Assembly (NCBI GenBank): GCA_002104905.1
Contig: MCFE01000018.1
Span: 182,066-246,065 of the forward strand
Length of the DNA: 64,000 nt
From: Basidiobolus meristosporus CBS 931.73
Lineage: Eukaryota > Fungi > Basidiobolomycota
Reading direction: 5' to 3'
Numbering within the stretch: position 1 is the first letter of the stretch; every line of letters starts with the position of its first letter. Positions 25,516 through 37,497 of the stretch are shown here, piece after piece. The notes beneath the pieces were generated by a model that saw only the letters and a program-made list of their open reading frames with translations, did no database searches and was not told the origin of the DNA. The position numbers and the translations under genes were made by a program.

Positions 25516-26084
25516 GTGTTCACATTTAGCATTGCATTGGACTCAGCCAAGGGCCATATCAATGCATCATGTTGTGCCTGTACTTGCCATACCCCCTGAC
25601 CACTAGCAAGTTTCCCCTGGTGGACTGACTGACAAAGACCCGCTGCAAGTGCCCCCATTATAGGAACCTAAGGCAAGTAAAAGAACAAGTCAGTGTACAA
25701 CACTTCAGGCTGGTTCTGTAACATCATCTGGAGCAATTCAGTGCAGCCAAGCTGCAGTACTGCACTCATCAACTAGTATGTGGTGTGGTAGTAATATTGG
25801 AACTAGCTGGATGCCACTGTACTGCCAGAATAATTCCAACAAAAGTCTGCATAGAGGATGTCAAAACAACATCAGGTTTCTAGCCATATAAGGCAATTGG
25901 ATGTATTGCTGGTTAGGTTGTCTCAAATCAATGCAGAATGTATTTAGACTGTCAAAATACCATGCAATTCTTGCCAAATGACAATTTGAACTCTGTCAGG
26001 TTTTTGACTTTATTTGGCTCTAAAATCAGCAAAACACCACCACAATCCCACAATAAGATTGTGTTGAATACTAATACTGTAAAT

Positions 26085-26905
26085 TGGCAGCTACCCCAAT
26101 GGAGACAAACCTAAACTTGGTCAACAGTCAATCAAATCAACCAAGCTTGGTGCAATCTGCATGCCCAGAGTTACCTTATCAATTTACGGTAGGAAGTAAG
26201 GTGTAAATTATGCTTGGAACATGTTTAGATACCTCATATTTGATAAGTGTATTCCAATGCCATGTATTCTTGCCATTTTTGCTCTTGAGGATTGAACTAG
26301 CCATTTGTCTATAACACTAAGGCAAATACAGTTCTAGGTGCTTTACTCTATCTTCTGAATCTATAAAGCATCTTCTCCTATATTCTTAGGAGGGCATTCT
26401 TCTTCTGTAATGATATTCCAAGGGCCCTTTTCTATCATAGCATCTTCATCTTCACCTTTCAGACTTGGTAGGTAGATCCATCCTGCTTTTAAGCAGAGGG
26501 AATGTTCAGTAATAGTGCAGTAGCCATTCCAGAGGGTGGCAGCTTGCAGCTTATAGCAGTTGTAATAGTCTTGAAGATATTGGAAGTAATTGGGGGAACA
26601 ATGGATTATTTGATTTTCACTTAATGATCTATTCAATGTAGAAGTAGTATTTATACTTTTACATGGTTTTGGCAAGACAAATACGTAGAATAGGTTAGAA
26701 GGGTCCTAAGAGCATGTGTGCAAGGTTTGGGGCAGTTTCAGCAACTTTGAAAATTCTCTTGTCTTTAGGTACCTGATATTTAATGAAACGACTCGAAGTA
26801 AATCCCGAAAAGGAATTTTGGTCAGAATTCTCCAAGATTTGTAGGTAATAATTTAATTGATCAAGTTGGGTGAATATTTGGGTGCAATTACGAATTTACA
26901 CAACA
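26085..26905. mobile_element. Old copia remnants: RT fragment (+, ~26085-26230) and 5' LTR plus gag start (-, ~26360-26905)
   Basis: gcagctaccccaatggagacaaacct matches 18275; EECPPKNIGEDAL matches gag; LTR-like sequence 26560-26905. Confidence 0.8.
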
Positions 26906-26914
26906 TAAGCAACT

Positions 26915-29900
26915 AATGGATTTGATAAATCATTCCAAATATTCTACACTCTGGTCATAGTGACGCTCACGACCCATCATGCCGTCATCTGTTGACACGT
27001 AGCCATACTACCAAGTAGATATTGTTGTTCAGACTTCACGTTTTAGCGGACTACCCAATTTGTAGATATAACCAAGAGGGCCAGGAATATACATGTCGAG
27101 ATGCGTGATATAATGTCACCAACAGTAATGTAATTGGCATTCAGATATGGTGTAAAGCATAATTAATCAGCGATTTAGGGTACGTTTCTGTGGCTAGTTG
27201 AAAAAATACTCTTGATCAGTTCCATTATTGCAATATTACATCTATGCTACTGCCGTGGAATTAGCACTATCCTAATCACGTTGCCATCAGCGATATGCAT
27301 AAGTATATTGGCACTCACGAAAACCTAGCAATATGTCAAGTGTGCACCCTTCCAACCATTCCTTCGCATTGTTAGGACTGCATGCCGATTCAAGTCGTTA
27401 CCTTTCTCAGATGTGTGATGAGAGTTATTAGAGGGATCTGTACGGTTCTATCAGTGCTATCAATAATCAGATAGGAATTGACGATATGCAGATGGAATAT
27501 ATGCTCGGATGTACCTGAATTGGGTGGATTCTCTCATGTTCATAACTGGCTTATCGCAGTAAATCGGCCACTCAGTGGATCGAGATTGATGAAGCATCCG
27601 ATTAGTGATGATTCGCGTTGACCTCTACATTGGGAACAAATGACATGTGATGCTCAGTGATGTGAATGCGGGAATGGGCATAGAGGCTTGGAGCAAAGTG
27701 GCTAACTCTGGACTATTACCAATAACTGTCGATTATGACCCTGGAACAATAATGCTATACGCAAGGAGGGGATAAATCATTACCGAAGATGCAGCATAAA
27801 AGGCAGACTATGGTATGACAAACCGCACGCCTAGTTTCACTCTACAAAAAGCCCGCCGTTAGACTGAATATTCCGTGTGCAGCTATTCTGCTTGGCAAAC
27901 CTCCATCCGGAGGTAACTCCTGTACAAGTGCCGGTGTTGTTCACATGAAATCCCAAGCGTGTCATGTTGAATTCGAACCTGAGGTCACCTGCGTCAAGGC
28001 GAAGTATATTTCTTGTCACGTTTAGAGTACATGTAAAGAATAAAACGTTTATCGAGGGTGAATATTATTTGATTGTATGATTTGTTTTTAGTTTAATAGT
28101 TATGAATGGGCACTATCTCTCCAGGAAGGCAGACGGAAATGTTAGCGTAATTATGTTGCTAGTATAGTAGCTTAACATGGATTTGATGTTGCACTATATA
28201 TAATTGAATAGCATTGAAAAATGAAGTAAATATTACTAAAATGAGTTATCAACTTGCGAATAAAATCTACACATGTCACTCACCTTAAAATTGAAGCCGC
28301 CCATGGTTTGGCATTATGTATGCCAGACTTTTGCTGATTTAAGTACATATCAGGTCCAAGTAGTTGTGACAAATCACCCCAGATGTCAAGTACTTCATAT
28401 CCACAGCAAGGTAGTGCGAATTATTGTATTTGGAGTATCACAACAAATTTATCCCGAGAACAATGCAAAAATAAAAGTTCCAGGTATCACACAATTCATG
28501 TACTTGTCTAACTACTGTATGTGTGCTACTTATGAAGAGAGGTTCATCACACTCAAATTTGGCCTAACTGGATACATAATCAACTCCGATCTCGGTAACC
28601 ACTAAAATATCTGATTGGTTGGGAATGACAATTCTGGATTTCTGTTCAAAACTGCTAACCACGACCCAGAACCATAATATCACAGCGCATGATCCAAAAG
28701 ACGACAAATGAAAATTCGATACCGAACTTGCTAGCCCCTGAGTAAAGATTCTAGTCAGCGACAACCCTGAAATAATAGGTCTGCGCTACATAAATCTATT
28801 GCCAGGAGGGGATAAATCATTACCAAAGATGCAGTATAAAAGGCAGGCTATTGCATGACAAACATCAAGCCTAGTTTCACTCTACAAAAAGCCCGCCGTT
28901 AGACTGAATATTCCGTTTGCAGCTATTCTGCTTGGTAGCCTTCCATCCGTAGTTCATTACTGAACCAGTGCCGGTGTAGCTCGCATGAACTTCCAAGCGT
29001 GTCATGTTGAGTCCGAACCTCAGGTTTCCAGCATCAAGAGGAAGTATGTTTGGTGTAACGACTAGAGTACCTGTAAAGAATAAAACGTTTTTCGAGGGTG
29101 AATCTTATTTGGATGAATGATATGGGTTGGGTTGAATAGTAACGAATTGACACTTACTCCTATAGAGAGTAGGAATCATTTTTATCGGTTAAGTCTAGTT
29201 TGTTATCTTGTTATGAGTTTTACCTTGGGCTATATATATAATGGATCCTATTGATAGAAATGAAGTGAATTTTGGATCTTTATACGTATTTTTAAGCTAC
29301 TAAATCCACAAATCTTTAGTCTGTCCAGCAGACCTGATAGCAGTTGGGCAGTTCGGACCTCCTCCAAGTCAATGCGTGCTGAACTGAGACCTCTTTGGCC
29401 TTTGGCGTCAGCGAAAAAGTGACGCTCTTGTATCCACCAAAGCACAACTGAAATGCACCGGGTACAATCAATGCTATTACATTTAATGGTGATTTCTGTA
29501 GGGAACGCCATCACAATCTGACTGGCTCCAGTTCCAATCCCATTGCGACTATATGAAATGTCCATGAGATCTTCCACTTCAACGTTGTGCAGTATTTTAA
29601 ATATTCGTTGGCTGGATATACAAAGGCCCATATTTATGGTATAATAGATGCCGTAGTCGATATTGCTAAAATCACTCATTAATGCAGGAATGAAAAATAC
29701 ATTGGTCATCTCCTACAATAAAACCTCTCCGGAATTCAGAATTACGAATGACTTGTCCCGACCATTAGAAATTCGTATCTACATCCTGCAACTGACTAAG
29801 TTTCATTATATCAACCAAATTATACTTACTGCGTAACGTCAAACCAATGCAATAAACATATGCTATGCTACTATACTTGAGTTGTCTGAGCTAAACGTTT

Positions 29901-31950
29901 CCTACTCTCTATAGGAGTGAGTGTCAATTCATTAATATTCAACCCAACCCATATCATTCATCCAAATAAGATTCACCCTCGAAAAACGTTTTATTCTTTA
30001 CAGGTACTCTAGTCGTTACACCAAACATAGTTGAACTAGACGCTGGAAACCTGAGGTTCGGATTCAACATGACATGCTTGGAAGTTCGTGTGAGCTGCAC
30101 CGGCACTGGTTCAGTAATGAACTACGGATGGAAGGCTACCAAGCAGAATAGCTGCAAACGGAATATTCAGTCTAACGGCGGGCTTTTTGTAGAGTGAAAC
30201 TAGGCGTGCGGTTTGTCATGCAATAGACTACCTTTTATACTGCATCTTTGGTAATGATTTATCCCCTCCTTGCGTATGGCATTATTGTTCCGGGGTCATG
30301 ATCGATAGTTATTGGTAACAATGCAGAGTCAGTCACTTTTCTCCAAGCCTCTATATCCATTCCCACATTGGCATCACTGGGCCTTACATGACATTTGTTC
30401 CCTACTTAGAAGTCAATTGGAATCGGTACCAATCGGATGCTTCATCAATCTAGATCCACCATGTGGCTAAATCTGGGAGATAAGTCATTTTTGAAAATAA
30501 GATCCACCTTGTTCAGGTATATCTGAGCATATATTCGCCTGCACACGCCGTAATCGGCCTTTTATGCTGTATCTTTGGCTATGATTTACCCACGTCTTGC
30601 ATATAGCATTATCAACCCGATAGCTTATGGCCAACAGCCATTGATAGTAATGCAGAGTCAGCCACTTTGCTCCAGGCCTCTATATCTATTGCAACATTCA
30701 CATCGTTGAACCTCACATGTTATTTGCTCCCAACATAGAGGTCAATGTGAATCAGCACCAATCGGATCCTTAGGCAATCTCGATCTACCGAGTGGCTGAT
30801 CCATTGAGATAAGCAAATGATCAAAAGAGTATTCACCCAATTCAGGTATATCCGGGCATATATTTACTTGCACCTCATCTATTTCCATCTGAATACATCT
30901 TTTACCGACAAAACCGTACTTATCCCTTTAAGGCTTTATCCTCACACATGGGTAATGAGGGTTATTAAAGAACTCCCAATCAATCAGTCGTATTGTTTGT
31001 ATTACGTAGGGGATAAAGTTTATATTTTGACCGTGATACTAGAATTCAGTTGGTAATTATTTTATTGAATCCGATCAAGGTCAAGTTATTCTTAATAGGT
31101 ATGAAGCGTAAAATCTATGCAGTGCAATTCCGAAGTACCTCTGGGCTAGTGATTATTTTTTATTGGCATTAATAAAAGATGCGCAATGGATTCACTGATG
31201 ACATTTCGATTTCATTCTGGCTCAGGCGACAGCATTTCATGAAGGTATAGTAATTCAGGTAACAGTATAAGCCATTGCTTGAGTTTTGTTTGCGATATTC
31301 TAGTACCTAGTATACCAGTTACGCATCTCATTGACCTTGTACCTAAATTCATGCCTAAACATCCCTTAAATGGAAAGTACATATGGTCAAAGAATCCGTA
31401 TCAAGCAGAAATTACTGAGTCTCACATGATGATGATGAATATGGATTCTCTGAAAAGCTTTTATTCGTTCTATACTTGATCCAACAGCGATAAGTCAATA
31501 ACACTCTGGATACCTGCGTGTCCTTAGATCAGAGGAGCGATGATAAAAGGATTGCGGCCCTGAATTGTGCGACAGCTTGAAGCGGAGTGTGATAGACATC
31601 ACGCAGATGAACGGTAAGCAACGGATTCAGCCATTCGGAGATGTTATGAAGAGAGGTGAAATGCTTGGTCAACTAGAAAGCGGCAGCCTTCTACTTATAA
31701 TCTCTCCTGATCCCTGACCAGCTTCCATCCCTGCCCCAGAGTTCTCTGATTGACTCGAGATACTCTTCATTGGCTATCATAGGATACACAGAGTGTTCTA
31801 CGATGCACTGCGGTATCGAGCTATGGATCCAATGCACTGTCCTGAGAAGTCATCAGGTCGCCACTTCCGGTATATATGGTGACAGGATGAAATGACTCTG
31901 CCAATGATACCTACCCAAGCAGGACATGCCTCAGGATTAAAATCAAGGAG
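26915..31950. pseudogene. Array of degenerate RdRP copies, cluster 2
   Basis: N-terminal pieces + ~27320-28210 and 28800-29250, - ~29900-30540 and 30640-30970; core piece - ~29330-29720 (RNGIGTGASQIVMAFPTEIT). Confidence 0.8.
28805..30270. repeat. Inverted repeat, arms ~28805-29175 and ~29918-30270
   Basis: Arms share diagnostic variants (gctattctgcttggtagcc, gttgggttgaata). Confidence 0.9.
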
Positions 31951-32448
31951 TGATCAGCATTGTACCAGCTTGAAACACTTTCAATCATCAACATTGCAGA
32001 AACGAGCAACCCATTGTCTATGTGTGAGTCATTGCCACTCTATTGCGTGTAAAGAATCAGTTGCCTGAGAATCGGGACCCTGTGTAAACATGCCGATTTG
32101 CTGAGCTATCTGGTGGTGTAAATATCTTGTTGGACTGTAGGATTCAAAGGTAGTCGATTTATTCTTATGTACCTTTGAATGCCAAGTATATTTATAAATT
32201 TGGATATCAATTGTACGTGCCGAGGAGCTGAGCACAACATAGTTCCAACAATTAGGTATAGTTAATATAGATACCTAATTGAGTGGGAGTATTGCTAACA
32301 TTGTGATTACACCTAAATATTCCATTAAACTGTTGACTAATATCATTAAATGTAAAATTCTATTTAGCCTATTGCTTGCATCCACAAGCATATTATGATT
32401 ATGGTTTTATTTGCTATCACAGTTTGAGTCGAGGAATTCTCATTTTGA

Positions 32449-33474
32449 TCAAGAAGCTTCAGCTGATTCATTTGCTTCTTGCTGTGAAATCTTTGCATAA
32501 ATCGAGTTATAGCATTTGTTATAGTCGTTATCCTTCAACAGCGTATAATTCACTGCAACATGTTTCATCTTCTCGCATAACTGAGAGCAGGAGTTCCCTT
32601 CCTGGAATGGCTTAAATGCAGAGCGATATGCTGTGTTGACTTCCTGAGCAAGTGTTAGGTTGAGCCTACAAAGGGATGCCAGCGGTTTCTTTATGTTGTG
32701 GTCACTCTTTTGCTTTAGAGCTAGACCAATCTGAGTTAGGCAAACAAACAAGGATGTCGCTACTTGATGTAGTATAGAAATAAGCTCTGCTGTGGTTCTG
32801 TGCGGAAAGAGTACTCCGAATAATTTGTGGGTAAAGGAGTTTTGGGGATTAAAGAGCAGAAGGAGTTCTATTGAGCCCATTATAGTCCAGGCCATATATC
32901 GCCAATATGTGCCAAATTGGTTGAGTCCTAGTATTTGAAGCGCTACAAGTACTACACCAGTCCCGAAATAAGTCGCGGTTAATGAAGGGAAGGTCGTGCT
33001 CAAGTAATCCCGGATAGTGACGCATTTGTTGCATTTGACGTATGATTTACCCAGGTTGTTATATGCAACACGTTTGATAGGATCGTTCAATGTTTCAAAT
33101 GCTTGTCGTAACGTAATAAACATCTCCTGGGCCTCCTCGGTAGCATTCTTGTCTGGGTGATACTTCAAAGACAGAAGGCGAAAGTTGCGTTTAAGCACCT
33201 TTGGTTGAAAATTGTACTGATCAACATCAAGTAGTTGATAGTAATTTTGCGGAACACTTCTCTCAGCGTCCCAAACAGTATAGAGAAAGTACATGGTGGT
33301 AATGAGAACGAATATCCTTTTGTAATCACGTCCATGCTTTTCGTTGCCGTGTGTAGGTATATGTGTCGTGTCATGAAAATAACGGAATTTGTAATACAGA
33401 AATTGAACTACACTAGTACTTAACCCTGGAATAAATGCCCAATAGACTACCTTGGCCAAGTAATGGTATAACAT
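32449..33474 (-). CDS. Membrane-associated DnaJ/Hsp40 J-domain protein, 341 aa
   Basis: NYYQLL...LSLKYHPDKN...AFETLNDP..R..Y J-domain with intact HPD, flanked by hydrophobic segments; CxxC after the J-domain. Confidence 0.93.
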   Translation of the reverse strand: MLYHYLAKVVYWAFIPGLSTSVVQFLYYKFRYFHDTTHIPTHGNEKHGRDYKRIFVLITTMYFLYTVWDAERSVPQNYYQLLDVDQYNFQPKVLKRNFRLLSLKYHPDKNATEEAQEMFITLRQAFETLNDPIKRVAYNNLGKSYVKCNKCVTIRDYLSTTFPSLTATYFGTGVVLVALQILGLNQFGTYWRYMAWTIMGSIELLLLFNPQNSFTHKLFGVLFPHRTTAELISILHQVATSLFVCLTQIGLALKQKSDHNIKKPLASLCRLNLTLAQEVNTAYRSAFKPFQEGNSCSQLCEKMKHVAVNYTLLKDNDYNKCYNSIYAKISQQEANESAEAS

Positions 33475-34116
33475 GAAAATTAAGTAACAAGAGAACAGAG
33501 AATGATCGAAGAACCCACTTCGACTTTTTACTATTGCTATTGAGTATCTACTTTATAATAATTGAAGAGGTGCCCAACTAATCAACAATGGTCATTTTTG
33601 CCACATTTTACCCGTATCTAGATTTGATATTGTTGTAAAGATAGATGAGAATCTGGACCTTCGAGAGCTTTCAACTTATACAAATGGTAGGTTCTTTTGC
33701 ACGTGTATTATTGATAAACAAGTTACTAGCGCTGACACTATCTCAATAGAATTCGGAAAAGTCAATTCTATCAAGGTTATGGTAATCAGATACCAGTTGG
33801 CAATTTGCCCAGCTAATAGTCGCCTGATATATTTTATCGCTACTTAAATGGCGATTTTTGATAAGTACTATACTTACATATATACAAACCCCGTAAAAAA
33901 AATGCAACTTTTCCGAATGGCCTATGAAATTGACGTGGCATATTTTGCTTCATAACAAATCTGATCAGAGAAAATATAACCAGAGTTGCCTGGTAGAGAG
34001 ATTTAGTTTATTCTGTGATTGGATCAAGACTTCAAACAATGATCATTTGAATCCTACTTGTAGCATACACACTCAATGCAGATAAAACGGTCTATATGAA
34101 AAATCACTAAACATTC

Positions 34117-35220
34117 TTATACATCCTTCTTGCTACTCGGTGAGGCAGGTTGCGTGGTTGCGTCTGTTATTATCCTTGAAACGATAGCTTCCGAGTCTTT
34201 CGTCAGTTTTTGGAGATCGTGTTTTTCGAGTACTCGACTATGCGCCTCTTGGTACACAGGTTGCAACTTTACAGCCTCTGTTATTTGCTCTTTGCTCTTG
34301 TGATATTCGTCAAGCAAAGCTCTGAGATCTGAATCACCAAATACAGCAGCGTGCTGTATTTTCAAGGCTTGCACTTGGTAGAGCATTACTTCGTTCATAG
34401 CTAGAGCACGCTGAACCAGAACTATTGGAGCAATATCTTCTGAATTGTTAAATAAATACACCAAACTCAACAAAAAGGCAAACGAAACTCGGCGAAAAAT
34501 TTGGACTACTTCATGAAAGTTTCCGAACTGTAACATAAAATCCTCTAAATGAAATTGCTGTTGATCGATGAGCAATGAAGTCTCAACAATTCCAAGTGCG
34601 AGTAAAAAGGTGACTCCATATGTCCTCCTGGGCTCCTTTCGCTTGAATATTGTGGCGAAACCTAAAGTTATGCCTACCAGTATGTAGCTCCCTAGGATTT
34701 CGGGAAGGTTGAAGATGATATAATCGTTGGGGTTCTGGCACCAAATGCAGTTCAAAAACGCGAACTCCCCGAATTTGTTATAAGTCAGCCGATTGTCCTT
34801 TATGTACAAGAGCTGCACTAAACCGTACATTCGGTTGAAGGAGCTAGGGTCCTGGACTAGCTCATAGCGATTCTTATAGTCCGACAGCTTGAAATTCGAG
34901 TTGAGCTCAAAATCGTAATCAACAGAAGATCTGTTTGCAGCATAATCTCTAAAGCGATTACGAAGCTGATAATTTGGTACATTTGGGTGAACTCCAAGTG
35001 TTCGGAAAATATCATTGCTGGAGTAATAGAGGCTACAGCTGTAGTACAACTGATAAGCGACAACAGCTAAAACCAGATAGTTTGCTACAACCTCGGCTCT
35101 AGTAACAGGGCGCTTTGGATAGCCAATGCTTCTCTTTTGCTCCACAAGAGAAATTGCTCTCTTAAATGCCCAGATGAGGATAGGAAAGAATATGCAGGTG
35201 ATACAAATCTGAATATACAT
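34117..35220 (-). CDS. Conserved-type fungal multi-pass membrane protein with degenerate J-like domain, 367 aa
   Basis: Clean 367-aa ORF with TM segments and YNKFG...CIWC...DY motif parallel to the neighbouring J protein; no HPD. Confidence 0.85.
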   Translation of the reverse strand: MYIQICITCIFFPILIWAFKRAISLVEQKRSIGYPKRPVTRAEVVANYLVLAVVAYQLYYSCSLYYSSNDIFRTLGVHPNVPNYQLRNRFRDYAANRSSVDYDFELNSNFKLSDYKNRYELVQDPSSFNRMYGLVQLLYIKDNRLTYNKFGEFAFLNCIWCQNPNDYIIFNLPEILGSYILVGITLGFATIFKRKEPRRTYGVTFLLALGIVETSLLIDQQQFHLEDFMLQFGNFHEVVQIFRRVSFAFLLSLVYLFNNSEDIAPIVLVQRALAMNEVMLYQVQALKIQHAAVFGDSDLRALLDEYHKSKEQITEAVKLQPVYQEAHSRVLEKHDLQKLTKDSEAIVSRIITDATTQPASPSSKKDV

Positions 35221-36503
35221 AAGCTTCTTTGAAAAGTCAACTATACACAGGGGTTGGTGAAGTTATGTTTCATCTACTGCGATACGATTTATGTATTCTT
35301 GGCCAGCTAGGTCAGGCGAATGCTATTTACCAATCATTACAACTTACGGCCTATAATGTAAGTGAGTACTTCGAAGAGGCTTGACTGTACTAAAATTGGT
35401 ATGAGTTTGTCAAGACATGCTACAGGGGGTAGCCCCGCAAACTGTAGTCTAGAGTATTCCAAAACAAGATGTTTTGCGAAATGGCAGTTGGACCTTCCTT
35501 GTCTGCACTTCCATTTTAGCGGTTGGCCATACTAATATAATTCTCAAACTCAGTGTTTGGTCATACTACCACGTAAAAAAATTATTACCAAATCATAGTT
35601 ATAATTATGTTTCGAGATGCAGGTGGTGTTTTATTGTTGGGGTTCATAAGCAGGAGAATGATGCTGCTGGAGAAATATGTACCTTACCATCCACATGTTT
35701 TGTGTGCAAACCAATACCAATAGAAACTAGCTCACTCATGCATGGGTGCTGAGTTCTTAAATGGGATTCACATGTATCGCCCAGCTTTTCTAGATAGCAC
35801 TCGACGATGTATGTTTTACTTGTACTATTGATATATTTGTATACGGTAGATACTACAATGTTCACAAATAGCTTATCTAATTAGACTAACTACTCGTTCG
35901 ATTCGCAAAACCATAAAAATCTCAGATCGACACGGATTCACATATCGATTTCTGTATTAGTAAGAAAAAAACATGTATGATCTCATGTATGGATATGGAT
36001 CTAGTATCTTCGATGCTGCTGGCCTAGCCTACTTTAATACTAGGAACTATCTATTACAATATTGTGCATACATTATTATTATAAGTAATCAGGTGTGAAA
36101 TTTACCATATTGTTGGTACATAGATAGTGCCAATAGAATTGGATATCCCGTCCATGTCTTCCAAATCTATTTTGACAAACTATCAAATCTATTGGTATTA
36201 TATTTAGAGCCAGAAGAGGGGTTATTGATCGCCAGCAGGTGAAATCTTTCTTTCAAAAGTTCAAAATAGAGAAGCAAGGTGCTATAGAGGTATATTTTTC
36301 ACAAGTAAATAGGGGGGTCAACTTGAGAAGGCTAATGAGAATGATCCTTGAGCTTGTAAGAAGTCAAAACTGCTGTAAACCTTAAAAATTTTCCTAAATG
36401 AATTTTCAATAAACTTGGTCACTTATATTGCAGTCTACAGATCCTTGAGATTTCTTGACAAACTCCTTGTTGCAATTCACTTGGTGAATGTGTACCAAGA
36501 TAT

Positions 36504-37005
36504 TGTTGTAAATTTCGTAATTACACCATAATACTCACCTAACTTGTTCACTTAGAACATTGTCTACAAATCTTGGATAATTCTGACTAAATCCCTTGTC
36601 AAAGTTTATTTTGGCATTTCCCCAATCATGAGATTTCTCAGAGCTTTCCCAACAGCCCCAAACTTGGCACATATGCTCTCGCGCCCTGTACAGACATATT
36701 CTATATAAAATTATAAATACTACTTTTACATTAAATAAATCATTAAGTGAAAACTACATAATCTACTTGTTCACTTGCAATATCTCCAAAACTCTTATAA
36801 CAGCTATTACAGCTGAATGTAAGCTTTTCATCCATCAAATGGATGTAAAACTTCATTTTTGATTAGAGAACCTTATGAGGAAATGAATATGATCCAGCCT
36901 GATAGGCTTATTGGGCAGAATAGCCCCCATTTGGTTTTCACGCTAAAAAACTCCATAAGGTCTCAAGTAATCATGAGAGCTCTGAGTTGCAAGATAGATT
37001 CATAT
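36504..37005 (+). mobile_element. Degenerate copia LTR (36504-36802) plus RT fragment
   Basis: TGTTGTAAAT...TTATAACA, then catcaaatggatgtaaaact (HQMDVK) through gcaagatagattc (KIDS). Confidence 0.85.
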
Positions 37006-37018
37006 GTATATTAACAGA

Positions 37019-37497
37019 ACTGAAGTCTTTGGCTTGGGCGTAGGTGAACAAGGCTTCCGCCCATCCTATCATCAGGTACGACCGCAAGAACGCCCTTGTA
37101 TCCGCCAAAGCGAATCTGAAATGCACCAGGTGTCAGCTTCTGGTTGGAGATTTCCGCAGCTAATGACAATGCGATTTGCCCGACTCCATTAGAATATGAA
37201 TGGCCGTTGCGCATGATATGGCAAAGAACCAACAGCTATGCTCCCGAAGCTGGGTGGATGAAAAAGCCAGGAAGCGATAATGTCGCTTGCCAATATGAAA
37301 TCCTTCAGTCAATGTTTCCTCAAAACTGTCGAAAACGGCTTGATTCAGCTGGCTGTTCGGGCCTATCTTCTCAAATCGCTCTTCTGAGAAGGTGACCTGG
37401 ATGAAGTACTCTCGGTATTGATGAAAGTGCCTCAACACTCGGTTTGAGGGCTCCAAAGATGGTGGTAAGAGGTGGATCTTGCTGGGAGTAACGAATG
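37019..37497 (-). pseudogene. Recent near-identical fragment of the intact RdRP with an internal ~160-bp deletion
   Basis: 37221-37497 is the reverse complement of 55534-55810 and 37019-37219 of ~55972-56175; only a few substitutions seen. Confidence 0.97.

Noticed and set aside
35474-35865. ORFs 35474-35752 and 35644-35865 as a gene
   Set aside because: Short, overlapping on opposite strands, with no recognisable motif.
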